DNA from: Candidatus Scalindua sp.
GTDB lineage: Bacteria; Planctomycetota; Brocadiia; Brocadiales; Scalinduaceae
NCBI GenBank assembly: GCA_031316235.1
Contig: JALDRA010000001.1
Span: forward strand, 900,001-932,000
Direction: 5' to 3'
Length of the DNA stretch: 32,000 nucleotides
Below, in pieces: positions 1 to 9,900 of this stretch. Numbering within the stretch: position 1 is the stretch's first letter; every line of letters starts with the position of its first letter. The notes under the pieces were generated by a model. It was not told where the DNA came from, did no database searches, and was given only the letters and a program-made list of their open reading frames with translations. Position numbers and translations under genes: made by a program.

Positions 1-167
1 GGACGTTGCAGGTACTCTATCATGCAAAAGGGCATATTCAATCTGAAATGGCCACGCACTTGAAAATGCGTAACACCCCATCGTTATCATTTTTTCTGGA
101 CGACTCTGAGAAACGGAGCAATAAGATTTTATCGTTAATCGAAAAAGCGGTTAACGAAGACAAATAA
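1..167 (+). CDS. 3' end of an unidentified CDS entering from upstream (partial)
   Basis: Frame 3 is open from the window edge to TAA at 165-167 (...THLKMRNTPSLSFFLDDSEKRSNKILSLIEKAVNEDK*). No domain recognised. Confidence 0.3.
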   Translation, partial: TLQVLYHAKGHIQSEMATHLKMRNTPSLSFFLDDSEKRSNKILSLIEKAVNEDK

Positions 168-190
168 CTTTTACAACGAGCAATTAAATC

Positions 191-1063
191 ATGAAAAAAT
201 TACATTTTGGCATACCAAAAGGAAGTTTGCAGGACTCAACAATAGCTATGATGAAGAACGCCGGCTATACAGTGTATGTGAGCAGCCGTTCATATTACCC
301 TACTGTCGACGACAGTGAATTATCGATTCGATTAATCCGTCCGCAGGACATGTCCCGGTACATTGAAAAAGGAATTATTGATGCTGGTCTTACGGGACAG
401 GATTGGGTAGAAGAGGCTGGTTCCGACGTCAGGTGTATTGAAACTTTAATTTACGCAAAACAACAGCTAACAAAGGTTCGCTGGGTTTTGGCTGTGCCTG
501 AAAACTCTCCGGTTCAGTCAGTAAAAGATCTTCAAAATAAGAGAATTGCAACTGAATTAGTAAACGTTACAAAAAATTATCTTGCGAAGCACTCGGTAAA
601 TGCAGAAGTGGAATTTTCCCATGGGGCAACAGAAGCAAAAGCCCCGGATCTTGTTGACGCAATTGTTGAATTAACAGAGACCGGCAGCAGTCTAAAAGCA
701 AATAAACTCCGCATCATTGATACGGTGACAGAATCCAGCACCGTATTCATCGCAAACCATACCGCATGGGAAGACCCCTGGAAGAGGCTAAAGATCCAAA
801 GTTTAGGTATATTATTTCAAGGTGCCATTATCGCGCGTGACAAAGTAGGGTTGAAGATGAATATAGCAAATGACGGCCTGGAGAGATTGTTAGAAAAACT
901 ACCCGCTTTACGAACACCTACGGTTTCTCCTCTTGCAAGCAATGCCGGCTATGCAGTTGAGACAGTCTTAGATGAAACAGTTGTCAGGAATATTATTCCT
1001 GAATTGAAACTCCTTGGTGCCGAGGGTATAATCGAGTATTCTTTAAACAAGATCGTTCCTTAA
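191..1063 (+). CDS. hisG: ATP phosphoribosyltransferase, long form (histidine biosynthesis)
   Basis: 290 aa ORF. N-terminus MKKLHFGIPKGSLQDSTIAMMKNAGY and the DLVDAIVELTETGSSLKANKLR segment are typical of HisG. The length fits the long (HisZ-independent) form. Confidence 0.9.
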   Translation: MKKLHFGIPKGSLQDSTIAMMKNAGYTVYVSSRSYYPTVDDSELSIRLIRPQDMSRYIEKGIIDAGLTGQDWVEEAGSDVRCIETLIYAKQQLTKVRWVLAVPENSPVQSVKDLQNKRIATELVNVTKNYLAKHSVNAEVEFSHGATEAKAPDLVDAIVELTETGSSLKANKLRIIDTVTESSTVFIANHTAWEDPWKRLKIQSLGILFQGAIIARDKVGLKMNIANDGLERLLEKLPALRTPTVSPLASNAGYAVETVLDETVVRNIIPELKLLGAEGIIEYSLNKIVP

Positions 1064-1140
1064 AAATAATTTGTTCCTCTGGTATGTTCATTCTATAATA
1101 CTACACCCTGAAACCGCCAGAGTAATCGTCATTATCTGTG

Positions 1141-1244
1141 AATATGCGAAAACCGGTTTGGTTTTTGATTTTTCTAAAAACCAAACCCTTATTGCAGATA
1201 TAATTGCTCTGTTTTTTCTCGGATTTTATTCGAAAACCATTATA
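1141..1244 (+). repeat. Interspersed hairpin-forming repeat family, copy A (internally shortened)
   Basis: AATATGCGAAAACCGGTTTGGTTTTTGATTTTTCTAAAAACCAAACC...TTTTTTCTCGGATTTTATTCGAAAACCATTATA aligns with copy D at 28043-28171. The central segment differs. Confidence 0.7.
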
Positions 1245-1257
1245 AGATAATTACACT

Positions 1258-2916
1258 TTGAAAAATTCATATTCTTCATATTTTGCCTCTCTGAAAAATC
1301 GCTGTACTATCCATTATCCGGGAGCAGGGTTGATCCTCCTGGCTATGGCATTCACCCTGTTTGTGCTTCCATGTGAATCGGTAAAGGCTGCTGCCCCGCA
1401 AGACGAGAATGCCGTGATGGTATCTGAAGACGAACCACTTGTCTATGCAAACTTTTGTACAGGGTTTTACCTCATGCTTGATCATGAATGGGAAGATGCA
1501 ATAAAGTTTTTCCAAAAAGCCCTGGAGATAAACCCAAATGCTGAAAAAGTGCACGATCTTCTTGCAACATGTTACTTTAAATTAAACAAAAATGATCTAG
1601 CCCTTACGCACATAAAAAAAATAGCACAACTAAATCCCGATAATTTTGCTGTTCACTATACACTCGGTGGAATCTACGAAAGTGAAGGAGATGAGACTAA
1701 TGCCATTAATGAATATAAAATTGCCAGGAAAAATATATCTATCAAAGAGACCATAGAGAAGGTCTTTGTTTCAGACATGCTTCATCGGCTCGCAAATCTT
1801 TATTTGAAGGTCGGAGATTTTGAAAATGCAACAGGAGTTTTTCACAAAATCATTGATGATTCATTGACTAACAAGCCGGTCACCATTTACTACAAACTGG
1901 GACAGATTTACTTTGAAATGAAGAGATATGAAGATTCAATACAGCAGTTTCTCAAGGTAAGAAGCATTAATCCCGATTCTGAATCAATAAATCTCTACCT
2001 TTCACTCTGTCATGAAGAAATGAAGGACTATGATAAGGCAATATCTGAGCTTACCCCCTTACTTGAAAAACACAGCGATGCATGGCATATTCGCCTCAGC
2101 TTATCAAATATCTATGAAAAGGCAAAAAATTTTGAGTTAATGCGAAGAGAGAGAGAGAATGTGTGTGAAATTCTTCAAAAGAGTGTGCAGAATGGAAGCA
2201 GAATTCTGAGAGAATATATCGTATTAAGCCAGATCCTTCAACAGACGGGACAAAAGAAGCAGGCCATTGACACACTCAAAACTGCCCTTACCTATTTAAG
2301 AAATGAGATCGATAAAGAATCATTACAGGAAATACAGCTTTTGATGGCAAATGTGTACTATGATCTGGACAATCATGAAGACTCAATACTGCAATTGAGA
2401 AAGATACTGTCAGCAGATCCCGCTTGCCACCAGGCAAGTAATTTTCTTGGTTATTTGCTTGTAGAAAGAGGGGAAAAACTGGATGAAGCCATTACCTTGA
2501 TCGAAAAGGCTTTGGAATCAGAGCCGGAAAATGGCGCATACCTTGATAGTCTTGGCTGGGCCTATTATAAAATTGCCACAAAAGGTAGCAGTGAAAAAAT
2601 AATGATGGCATTACAAACCCTCCTTGCTGCCTCAAAACATGCCGAGGACTCTGAGATCATGTATCATTTAGGAGAGGTATATTATTGTCTCGGTCGTTGG
2701 GAAGAGGCAAAAGAACAGTGGAATAGAGCGCTGGATTTATTAAAAGAGCACAGGGAAACTCTTCCCCCCTATCTGGTGCACTTCGATACCCGCGATTCAA
2801 AGAGCATGGAAATGATCCGGAAAAAACTCGAAAAGCTGCGGCATCTGAAAATGGTTGAAAACATTTCGGATAGTCAAAAAGAGCGGGAAAGTGATGTTGA
2901 ATGCCTTTTTCAATAA
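1258..2916 (+). CDS. Secreted or membrane-anchored tetratricopeptide (TPR) repeat protein
   Basis: 552 aa ORF with a TTG start. Hydrophobic N-terminal signal-like segment (GLILLAMAFTLFVLPCESVKA). Multiple TPR-like units (W..A...F.KAL..NP.., Y.LG.IY...G....A...Y). Confidence 0.75.
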   Translation: MKNSYSSYFASLKNRCTIHYPGAGLILLAMAFTLFVLPCESVKAAAPQDENAVMVSEDEPLVYANFCTGFYLMLDHEWEDAIKFFQKALEINPNAEKVHDLLATCYFKLNKNDLALTHIKKIAQLNPDNFAVHYTLGGIYESEGDETNAINEYKIARKNISIKETIEKVFVSDMLHRLANLYLKVGDFENATGVFHKIIDDSLTNKPVTIYYKLGQIYFEMKRYEDSIQQFLKVRSINPDSESINLYLSLCHEEMKDYDKAISELTPLLEKHSDAWHIRLSLSNIYEKAKNFELMRRERENVCEILQKSVQNGSRILREYIVLSQILQQTGQKKQAIDTLKTALTYLRNEIDKESLQEIQLLMANVYYDLDNHEDSILQLRKILSADPACHQASNFLGYLLVERGEKLDEAITLIEKALESEPENGAYLDSLGWAYYKIATKGSSEKIMMALQTLLAASKHAEDSEIMYHLGEVYYCLGRWEEAKEQWNRALDLLKEHRETLPPYLVHFDTRDSKSMEMIRKKLEKLRHLKMVENISDSQKERESDVECLFQ

Positions 2917-3041
2917 TTAGCGCGTAAACGAAAACCCTGTGTTTGCAGCAACCACATCCCTTTAAAAAGAGAGGAAAGAGTCCGGAACTACCAAAGTCAG
3001 GGATACTAAATTTATTACTGCTGTATCGGGAGAAAATACCT

Positions 3042-3788
3042 ATGGCTGGCCATTCGCATTGGGCGAGTATTAAGAGAAAAAAGGGTGCAATAGACGCAAA
3101 GAGAGGAAAGATCTTTTCCAAGCTTGCAAAAGCTATTACCTCTGCGGCAAGGCAGGGCGGTGGCAATCCGGATATGAACCTTAAGCTGCACTATGCAATT
3201 GATGCCGCTAAGGCAGAAAATATGCCAAAAGACAATATCGAAAGAGCAATACTGAAGGGGACGGGAGAATTGGGTGGAGATTCAGAGCTTTACGAATGTC
3301 TCTATGAAGGCTATGGTCCAAGCGGTATTGCCATAATTATTGAGATATTAACAGATAATAAAAATCGGACAGCGTCAGAGATAAGAAAAATTTTTGACAA
3401 ATGTGGAGGAAATCTCGGTGAGTCAGGTTGCGTTGCGTGGTTGTTTCAAAAGCGGGGATTGATCACTGTTCCGATAGATGAAACAAGCGAAGAAAAACTC
3501 ATGACACTTGTTTTAGAGGCTGGTGGTGAGGACTTAGAGACCGTTGACGAGAAATATCAAATTATTTGTGATTTAAAAGATTTAAATGCCCTTAAGGATG
3601 CGCTGCAGCAAAACGGCATCAAGAGTGATTCAGAAATACTTTGCTGGATTCCCAAGAACTCCATAGAGTTAAATGCAGATAATGTGAAAAAGGTTGTTTC
3701 CCTCCTGGAAACAATAGAGAATCATGACGATGTTCAGAGTGCGTATGCTAATTTTACGATTCCCGAAGAATTATTGAGCGAGTTATAA
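3042..3788 (+). CDS. yebC: YebC/PmpR family DNA-binding transcriptional regulator
   Basis: Starts at ATG 3042 with the family-typical MAGHSHWASIKRKKGAIDAKRGKIFSKL. The 33-codon TTG-initiated extension in the ORF track (from 2943) looks spurious. Confidence 0.9.
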   Translation: MAGHSHWASIKRKKGAIDAKRGKIFSKLAKAITSAARQGGGNPDMNLKLHYAIDAAKAENMPKDNIERAILKGTGELGGDSELYECLYEGYGPSGIAIIIEILTDNKNRTASEIRKIFDKCGGNLGESGCVAWLFQKRGLITVPIDETSEEKLMTLVLEAGGEDLETVDEKYQIICDLKDLNALKDALQQNGIKSDSEILCWIPKNSIELNADNVKKVVSLLETIENHDDVQSAYANFTIPEELLSEL

Positions 3789-3859
3789 CTATTGAAAGAG
3801 TGCTTACCAGGGATCCCCAAGCCCTGATTTAACGACTCATTCAACAATTTCTTTCTTTA

Positions 3860-5749
3860 TTAAGTCTTCTGATCGCCATCGGCTTTCTTCCTGTCATCTT
3901 TGAGGTCAAGCAGTTCAAGAATCTGATCACCTTCAAGCACTTCAAATTCTTCAAGCTTCTGGGCAAGAAGATTGAGCTTATCCCTGTTTTCTTCTATTAA
4001 TGTTTTCGCTTTACTGTAAGATTCTTTGATGATCCTTGTTACTTCATCATCAATCGCAATCGCTGTTTTCTCACTATACTCCTTTTCCTGCACCAGATCA
4101 TGTCCGAGAAAAATATTCCCTTGCTGCCGACCATATGTCTGTGGACCAAGTGCAGCACTCATTCCAAACTTGCACACATAGTTTCTCGTTAGCTTTGTTG
4201 CCCTTTCCAGATCGTTTTGAGAACCGGTAGATAACTCGTGAAAGACTGTCTCCTCTGCTGCACGCCCGGCAAGAAGAACACATAACGTATTTAAAATTTC
4301 TGATTCCCTTGTTAAATATTTGTCTTCTGTCGGCAACTGAAGCGTATACCCGAGCGCTGCAGCGCCTCTTGCTATGATCGACACCTTATGGACAGGATCA
4401 GAATGCGGCAATAGGGCAGCGACTAATGTATGTCCAGATTCATGATACGCCACAATGTTTTTTTCTTCATCACTTATTACCCTGCTTTTCCTTTCAGGGC
4501 CAGCGACAACTCTCTCAATTGCCTCCTCCAACTCTCCCATCTCAACAAATTTTTTGTCGCGACGAGCGGCAAGCAGCGCTGCTTCATTTATAACATTTGC
4601 AAGATCAGCACCTGAAAAACCCGGCGTCCTTTTTGCTATCACCTTCAGATCTCCATTGGGTGAGATCTTAACATCGTTTGCGTGGACCCTTAAGACAGCC
4701 TCTCTTCCAATCAAATCAGGCCTGTCAACAGTAACCTGTCTATCAAACCTTCCCGGACGAAGCAAGGCACCATCCAACACATCAGGCCTGTTTGTAGCTG
4801 CGATGATAATAACCCCTTTTTGCGAAGAAAAACCATCCATCTCAGCTAAAAGCTGATTGAGAGTCTGTTCACGCTCATCGTGACCACCACCGAGTCCTGC
4901 ACCCCGTTGCCTCCCGACACTGTCAAGTTCATCAATAAAAACGATGCAGGGAGCCTTCTGTTTAGCCTGTTCAAACATGTCACGCACCCGGGCAGCCCCC
5001 ATCCCAACAAACATTTCAACAAAATCTGATCCGCTTATCGAGAAAAATGGTACCCCGGATTCACCTGCAACGGCCTTTGCCAAAAGGGTCTTTCCTGTCC
5101 CGGGAGGCCCGATAAGCAGGACACCTTTCGGAATTTTACCGCCAAGCTTTTGAAACTTCTGCGGATATTTCAAAAAATCAATAATCTCCTTCAACTCTTC
5201 TTTTGCTTCATCACAACCAGCAACATCGGCAAAACTGGTTTTCTTCACATCCTGCTCTGCATAAAGCTTGATCTTGGCTTTTCCAAAAGACATAAATGGA
5301 GCACCCATCCCTCCAACCTTCTTAGAAATAAAGAACCACGCTAATGCAATGATAGCAAATGGGAAAATCCACCACACAATCATGCTTTTAAAAAATGTGT
5401 TTTCAATCTCACCCTTAAACTGAACTTTCTTATGTTTTAATTCATCAACCAGTTTTGGATCGTGAACGGGGACAGTAACAAAGGGGACAGGAAGATCCTT
5501 ATCCGAAGAGGACTCTTTAAAATGGCCTCTGATAATCCGCTCCCCTATAGAGCAATCAATTATCTTCCCTTTACTCAGGTACTCCCTGAATTGACTGTAG
5601 GGAATCTCATCAGCTTTTGGGGACATGAAAATCTGTATAACATACAGCACTACCAGAAAGAGAAAGAGATACCCGATTGAAAAAGTTGTCTTTCTCGATC
5701 TCAGTTTTTTAGGCTTTTTTTTCTCAGTGTCTTTGTCAGTTTTTCTCAT
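3860..5749 (-). CDS. ftsH: ATP-dependent zinc metalloprotease FtsH
   Basis: Walker [14 protein letters not shown], Walker [32 protein letters not shown], and zinc motif HESGH. Two N-terminal TM segments. ATG at 5749; the ORF-track start at 5770 is TTG. Confidence 0.95.
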   Translation of the reverse strand: MRKTDKDTEKKKPKKLRSRKTTFSIGYLFLFLVVLYVIQIFMSPKADEIPYSQFREYLSKGKIIDCSIGERIIRGHFKESSSDKDLPVPFVTVPVHDPKLVDELKHKKVQFKGEIENTFFKSMIVWWIFPFAIIALAWFFISKKVGGMGAPFMSFGKAKIKLYAEQDVKKTSFADVAGCDEAKEELKEIIDFLKYPQKFQKLGGKIPKGVLLIGPPGTGKTLLAKAVAGESGVPFFSISGSDFVEMFVGMGAARVRDMFEQAKQKAPCIVFIDELDSVGRQRGAGLGGGHDEREQTLNQLLAEMDGFSSQKGVIIIAATNRPDVLDGALLRPGRFDRQVTVDRPDLIGREAVLRVHANDVKISPNGDLKVIAKRTPGFSGADLANVINEAALLAARRDKKFVEMGELEEAIERVVAGPERKSRVISDEEKNIVAYHESGHTLVAALLPHSDPVHKVSIIARGAAALGYTLQLPTEDKYLTRESEILNTLCVLLAGRAAEETVFHELSTGSQNDLERATKLTRNYVCKFGMSAALGPQTYGRQQGNIFLGHDLVQEKEYSEKTAIAIDDEVTRIIKESYSKAKTLIEENRDKLNLLAQKLEEFEVLEGDQILELLDLKDDRKKADGDQKT

Positions 5750-5845
5750 TGATTCATATAAATTCCACAATAATTCAAAAAACGTTAAGTCATTATAGGC
5801 GAATTTATTACAATGTCAAAACAAATAACTATCTGTGATTACTTA

Positions 5846-5874
5846 TTGACAAAATTTATGGGCTGAGCTAGAAT
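5846..5874 (+). promoter_or_regulatory. Candidate sigma70-type promoter upstream of tRNA-Pro
   Basis: TTGACA (5846-5851), 17 nt spacer, TAGAAT (5869-5874), about 107 nt upstream of the tRNA. Confidence 0.35.
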
Positions 5875-5980
5875 CTTTTCATTGATAAAATACGCGTTGA
5901 AAGCAGCCATTTATTTTCCACGGGCATCACTGCTGCTGTAAACTGACTCATCATGAGTACCTATTTATATTACCAAGATA

Positions 5981-6056
5981 CGGGGCGTAGCGCAGCTTGG
6001 CTTAGCGCACTTGAATGGGGTTCAAGAGGCCGCTGGTTCGAATCCAGTCGCCCCGA
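5981..6056 (+). tRNA. tRNA-Pro (anticodon GGG)
   Basis: Hand-folded cloverleaf, 76 nt. 7 bp acceptor stem CGGGGCG/CGCCCCG, D stem GCGC/GCGC, anticodon stem CTTGA/TCAAG with loop ATGGGGT (anticodon GGG at 6017-6019). 5 nt variable loop. T arm GCTGG-TTCGAAT-CCAGT. Discriminator A. No encoded CCA. Confidence 0.9.
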
Positions 6057-6073
6057 TCATTTATACCGATGAC

Positions 6074-6323
6074 TTACGATAAACAGGCTTTGACATTTTT
6101 TTCAAATTGTGCCAATTTTGTGCCATTGGCATTTTCAAAGACCTCTTCTGCTCTGTTTTGCATCAACTGATCAAGCGCATTAACCGCTTTCCTTTTGTGT
6201 CCTGGCGCAAGATGTGCACTCCTCATAGTCATCGCTAGCGATCTGTGCCCAAGTAAGTTCCTTGATACCCGCTAAATCAATTCCAGCCATGACAAGTTGG
6301 CTCGCAAACGTATGCCGCAAGTC
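6074..6323 (-). pseudogene. Tyrosine recombinase/phage-type integrase, C-terminal remnant
   Basis: The minus strand reads DLRHTFASQLVMAGIDLAGIKEL. After a 1-nt frameshift it continues LGHRSLAMTMRSAHLAPGHKRKAVNALDQL...*. Only about the last 80 codons remain. The catalytic-Tyr position (R-Y-x-H) reads Ser. It lies 18 nt from the tRNA-Pro 3' end. Confidence 0.7.
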
Positions 6324-6647
6324 GAGCTGACTAACACTTCTTTACTTTTGAGGTTTTTTTTCATGATTCGTTCTGCAGAGGCGCTCCAGTTAAATGTTTT
6401 TGGGTTTTGGTTACTATTTTCAATTATTCATTAATTGCCTTATGTTAGTGAATGAACGCTTTTATAAGTAAACATATTTATAACTCACTACACTAGATGG
6501 AGATGAGAAAATTCCAGGGGAGCTTTGAAATTTAATATTAAAGGTATAAACCCATCCCCAGATTTAAAGCTTACACCTTCTTTCTGACCTCTGCATCCCT
6601 CACTCCAACTCACAATCTTCCTCAAATCATATTATGGTCAAATGCAT

Positions 6648-6675
6648 TTGACTATATCTGAATTTATGGTATAAT
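6648..6675 (+). promoter_or_regulatory. Candidate promoter of the phd/vapC operon
   Basis: TTGACT (6648-6653), 16 nt spacer, TATAAT (6670-6675), 40 nt upstream of the antitoxin ATG. Confidence 0.35.
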
Positions 6676-6715
6676 TTTTTAATACTAATCGGTCAGTTAT
6701 TAATGGAATTATATT

Positions 6716-6934
6716 ATGGAAATCGGAATTTCTGAATTTAAAACAAAGTCACTAAAACTATTAGATGAAATTCACCATTCTGGTAAGTCTATTATAGTCA
6801 CCAAGCGGGGCGTACCAATTGCTAAGGTTATCCCAATTTTCAACCACACAAATGAAATTGATCTTAAAGGCACTATAATCAAACAGGACAAAAACATTTT
6901 CAATACAGGTGAAAAATGGGAATCAAACTCATGA
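6716..6934 (+). CDS. Type II antitoxin, Phd/YefM family
   Basis: 72 aa. MEIGISEFKTKSLKLLDEIHHSGKSIIVTKRGVPIAKVIP is the typical Phd/YefM N-terminal fold signature. Its stop overlaps the toxin start (ATGA at 6931-6934). Confidence 0.8.
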   Translation: MEIGISEFKTKSLKLLDEIHHSGKSIIVTKRGVPIAKVIPIFNHTNEIDLKGTIIKQDKNIFNTGEKWESNS

Positions 6935-7344
6935 TATTACTTGATACACATATATGGATTTGGTACCTTACGAAAGACACTAGGCTTAAAGAACGCACAT
7001 ATAAACTAATTAACCGCTTTAAGCAAATAAATGAAGCCTTTATATCTTCTATTTCCATTTGGGAGGTATGTAAATTAAACGAAAAGGGCAAAATTGTATT
7101 TTCTCTGCCACTGAGAACATGGCTTAATGCAGCATTGACCAAGGGCATTTTAATTCAAGAACTTTCAACTGAAATTTATATAGATTCCTGCTCACTCCCC
7201 GGAATATTCCATGGAGACCCAGCGGACCAAATGATCGTAGCAACAGCACGCACATTAAATTACAAGTTAGTCACCTATGACAATAAAATACTCAATTACA
7301 AACATGTTGAATTGTCCAGTGGTTCTGCCAAAAGCTCTGTTTAA
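6931..7344 (+). CDS. vapC: PIN-domain ribonuclease toxin (VapC-like)
   Basis: MILLDTHIWIWY... (first acidic PIN residue in LLDT), an ISSISIWEV segment, and a C-terminal HGDPADQMIVATA motif typical of PIN toxins. 4-bp ATGA overlap with the antitoxin. Confidence 0.85.
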   Translation: MILLDTHIWIWYLTKDTRLKERTYKLINRFKQINEAFISSISIWEVCKLNEKGKIVFSLPLRTWLNAALTKGILIQELSTEIYIDSCSLPGIFHGDPADQMIVATARTLNYKLVTYDNKILNYKHVELSSGSAKSSV

Positions 7345-7635
7345 CCTCTAGATTCCGCATTGATTAAGGCAGGCTTTTCTAGGCCTACGTACTTTCCGGT
7401 AGGACATGCTTACCATTTTCGATGCCAGAGGAAAGTCGTATAGGGAAAGAGACATTAATCAGAAACATTTGGCACAGCTAAAAGCCTAACTTGAAGCATG
7501 GCGATTAAAAAGAAATAAAAGAGTGAAATGAGTAAGAAAAGCAAAAATCCTTCTATATTTTATCAAATATCCAGATCCCTAAAACAAATTTCACAAGATT
7601 TTCTCTCCTCTATATCATGATAAAGAAAGTAAGAT

Positions 7636-7824
7636 TTATTTCCCATCTTTTTCAAATAACCAGCACATTAAGGTCCATTGAAAGGCAGCAAGCCAGGCAA
7701 TGATCAATGCTGTTAAAAAATAATCCAGCAGCCACCATTGCTCAAAGAGTTTTGGTTGGTAGATTGCTACGAATGCAAATGCTACCCAGTGTCCAAGACA
7801 GTACCCGCAGGCTACTAATTCTCC
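7636..7824 (-). pseudogene. DUF1360-like membrane protein, C-terminal remnant
   Basis: The minus strand reads GELVACGYCLGHWVAFAFVAIYQPKLFEQWWLLDYFLTALIIAWLAAFQWTLMCWLFEKDGK*. An in-frame TAG lies 7 codons upstream and there is no start codon. The family call rests on the recalled GEL..C..C...W motif. Confidence 0.35.
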
Positions 7825-8173
7825 TAAAAATGCATTCTTCCTTTTTGTCTATTCTCGCAGTTGTTTAAAAATCTTTGCTTCTGTTAAAGTAAAAGAGATT
7901 GAAGCTGTAACAAAGGACAGATAGATAACATTTCCCAACATAGCCGCAAAGGTTTTTCTTCCCTACCATAAGCCATATGCCATAAGCCTATCAGCAAACG
8001 CATCCATTCCTGCAGTGAGCCACATGTTGTAACATGTGCTTCTTTCTGAGAATTACCAGTTCCCTGCATTGACGAAGCTCTTTCCCGGGAATATAACTCC
8101 CTTTGAGAAGCCCCATACGTAACAGACTAGCCCGTCCGAACGGATTCATCCGGGCGGATATGTACATCCAAAC

Positions 8174-8285
8174 TATACTCATCTCATAATGGTTTTCGGA
8201 TAAAATCCGAGATAAAATTGAGCGAGTATACCTTCACCAAGATTTGGTTTCCGGTAAAACCGAAAACCAAATCGGTTTTAGTATA
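8174..8285 (-). repeat. Interspersed hairpin-forming repeat family, copy B (inverted orientation)
   Basis: The reverse complement reads TATACTAAAACCGATTTGGTTTTCGGTTTTACCGGAAACCAAATC...TCTCGGATTTTATCCGAAAACCATTATGAGATGAGTATA. This is collinear with copy D. Confidence 0.7.
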
Positions 8286-8597
8286 CAACATACAGGGTTT
8301 ACTATTGATAGTATTTCTCGATCGTTTGACTTTGACATTGCTATCTCCTTTCAGATTAATTCCTTCTTGACTATTACATAGTGTGAGATAGCGATTTTAT
8401 CATAATCTGAACCTAATCGCATGTTTCATGCTTCGTTGTGACTGGTAGGCCATGGGTGTTAGTTAAGTTTTTGGAACTCATAAATTGTTAAGATTTGTAG
8501 TACTTCCTGAAGTTAGTAATCAGTAGAATAACAAAGGTGTTGAGCTGCATCATGTAGTGATGCAGCTCTTATCAAAGTAAAAAAAGGAGGTTCGAAA

Positions 8598-8770
8598 ATG
8601 AGAAGTTGGTTGATGAACTGTATAGAAAGATGAGTTATTTACCGAATGTCCTTTTTATGGAAGCCGAAAGATACGGGAGGGATTAAGGCGAGAAGGTTTT
8701 GAAATAGGCAGAGAGAGAGTTCGGGCATACATGCGTCAAATTGGATTACGGGCAATCTATCCCAGGGTAA
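8598..8770 (+). pseudogene. IS3-family transposase remnant (OrfB N-terminal HTH region)
   Basis: Reads KLVDELYRK, then after a frameshift KDELFTECPFYGSRKIREGLRREGFEIGRERVRAYMRQIGLRAIYPR. This is the conserved PFYG.R.I...L...G..V...RV.RLM...GL.A segment of IS3 OrfB. Homology ends after IYPR and the OrfA and DDE regions are absent. Confidence 0.55.
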
Positions 8771-9211
8771 AAATAAGCAAGGAGGAATGGTTTGCGATCC
8801 CACAAAAAGAGGTTAAATCTTATTATACTCGTAAAGTCTTTTAATTATTGATTTTTCTGTTTCCAGATGACATATGCTGCTGGTTTCCATTTTCATTTAT
8901 TTATCATTTGATCAGGAACTCTCCATCTGCTTGGCCGACAATTACCCACGGTTTTTCTCAGTTCATCAGGCTGTTTATCTGCCTTAGCTCTAAATTCAGC
9001 ATATTCTTTCTTATTTGGCGCAATGTCTGCATAGGCGACGCACTCAAGTGCCTTGCGTATTTGCAGGACTCTCCCACGGTTCAACAAAAATGACGAAACC
9101 CGCAAGCGTTTATTTTCCGATTGGGCGAATTGTTATGGGAGCATTCCCGATTTTTTGTAAAATATAATAAAAGATCTTGACTTCCTCGTTGTTTTCAACG
9201 ATAATTCTTCC

Positions 9212-9877
9212 ATGAATTATCCAGGCGGCAAAGGAGGTGTATTCCAAAAGTTAATCAATCTTATGCCACCCCATGATGTCTACATAGAGACTCATTTGGG
9301 TGGTGGCGCTGTTATACGGAACAAACGACCTGCCAGGAGTAATTTTGGGATAGAAATTGACTCGGAAGTTGTTGAGATGTGGACAAATATGCATCCAATA
9401 GGTTTTGAACTGGTCCATGATGACGCAATTAATTATCTGAATAATTATCATTTCACAGGAAAAGAACTGGTATATTGTGACCCACCATATCTTCGCGAGA
9501 CAAGGAAAAAGTATGGACGGCTATATAAATATGACTATAGCCGTGCGCAGCACATCGAACTTTTGGAAGTTTTGAAAACTCTTCCCTGCATGGTGATGAT
9601 ATCCGGTTACGAGTCAACCTTATACAAAGAATCATTGCGTAGCTGGCAGACACATTCTTTTCAGGCCGTCTGTCATCATGGCGTAGCAACGGAGTGGTTA
9701 TGGATGAACTATAGTGTTCCGGTAGGACTGCACGACTATCGTTATCTTGGCAATAACTTTCGTGAGCGGGAACGGATAAAGAGGAAGACCAAAAGGTGGA
9801 CAGCGAAACTTAAATCCATGCCTGTATTAGAACGTCAGGCGTTACTATTCGCCATAGATGTATTCAGGGAGCGATAG
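9212..9877 (+). CDS. D12-class (Dam-like) N6-adenine DNA methyltransferase, orphan
   Basis: 221 aa. N-terminal YPGGK, AdoMet motif I ETHLGGGAV, and catalytic motif IV DPPY (VYCDPPYL), in the alpha-group order typical of Dam-family enzymes. No restriction-enzyme partner is adjacent. Confidence 0.85.
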   Translation: MNYPGGKGGVFQKLINLMPPHDVYIETHLGGGAVIRNKRPARSNFGIEIDSEVVEMWTNMHPIGFELVHDDAINYLNNYHFTGKELVYCDPPYLRETRKKYGRLYKYDYSRAQHIELLEVLKTLPCMVMISGYESTLYKESLRSWQTHSFQAVCHHGVATEWLWMNYSVPVGLHDYRYLGNNFRERERIKRKTKRWTAKLKSMPVLERQALLFAIDVFRER

Positions 9878-9900
9878 AAGTCTTTTGAAAGGGGGTATTT

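Noticed and set aside
4036-5680. Multiple 60-130 aa plus-strand ORFs inside ftsH
   Set aside because: These are antisense shadow ORFs within a confidently identified gene. The same applies to similar ORFs inside the DUF2254 gene (13369-14424), the antiporter (19045-20026), thiC (24596-25557), truA (27200-27945) and the PDZ gene (29072-31457).
8893-9105. 70-aa minus-strand ORF (TTG start) next to the IS left end
   Set aside because: It has no recognisable domain, a non-ATG start and no RBS, and it overlaps an equally long plus-strand ORF. It may be a gene remnant, but I cannot support a call.
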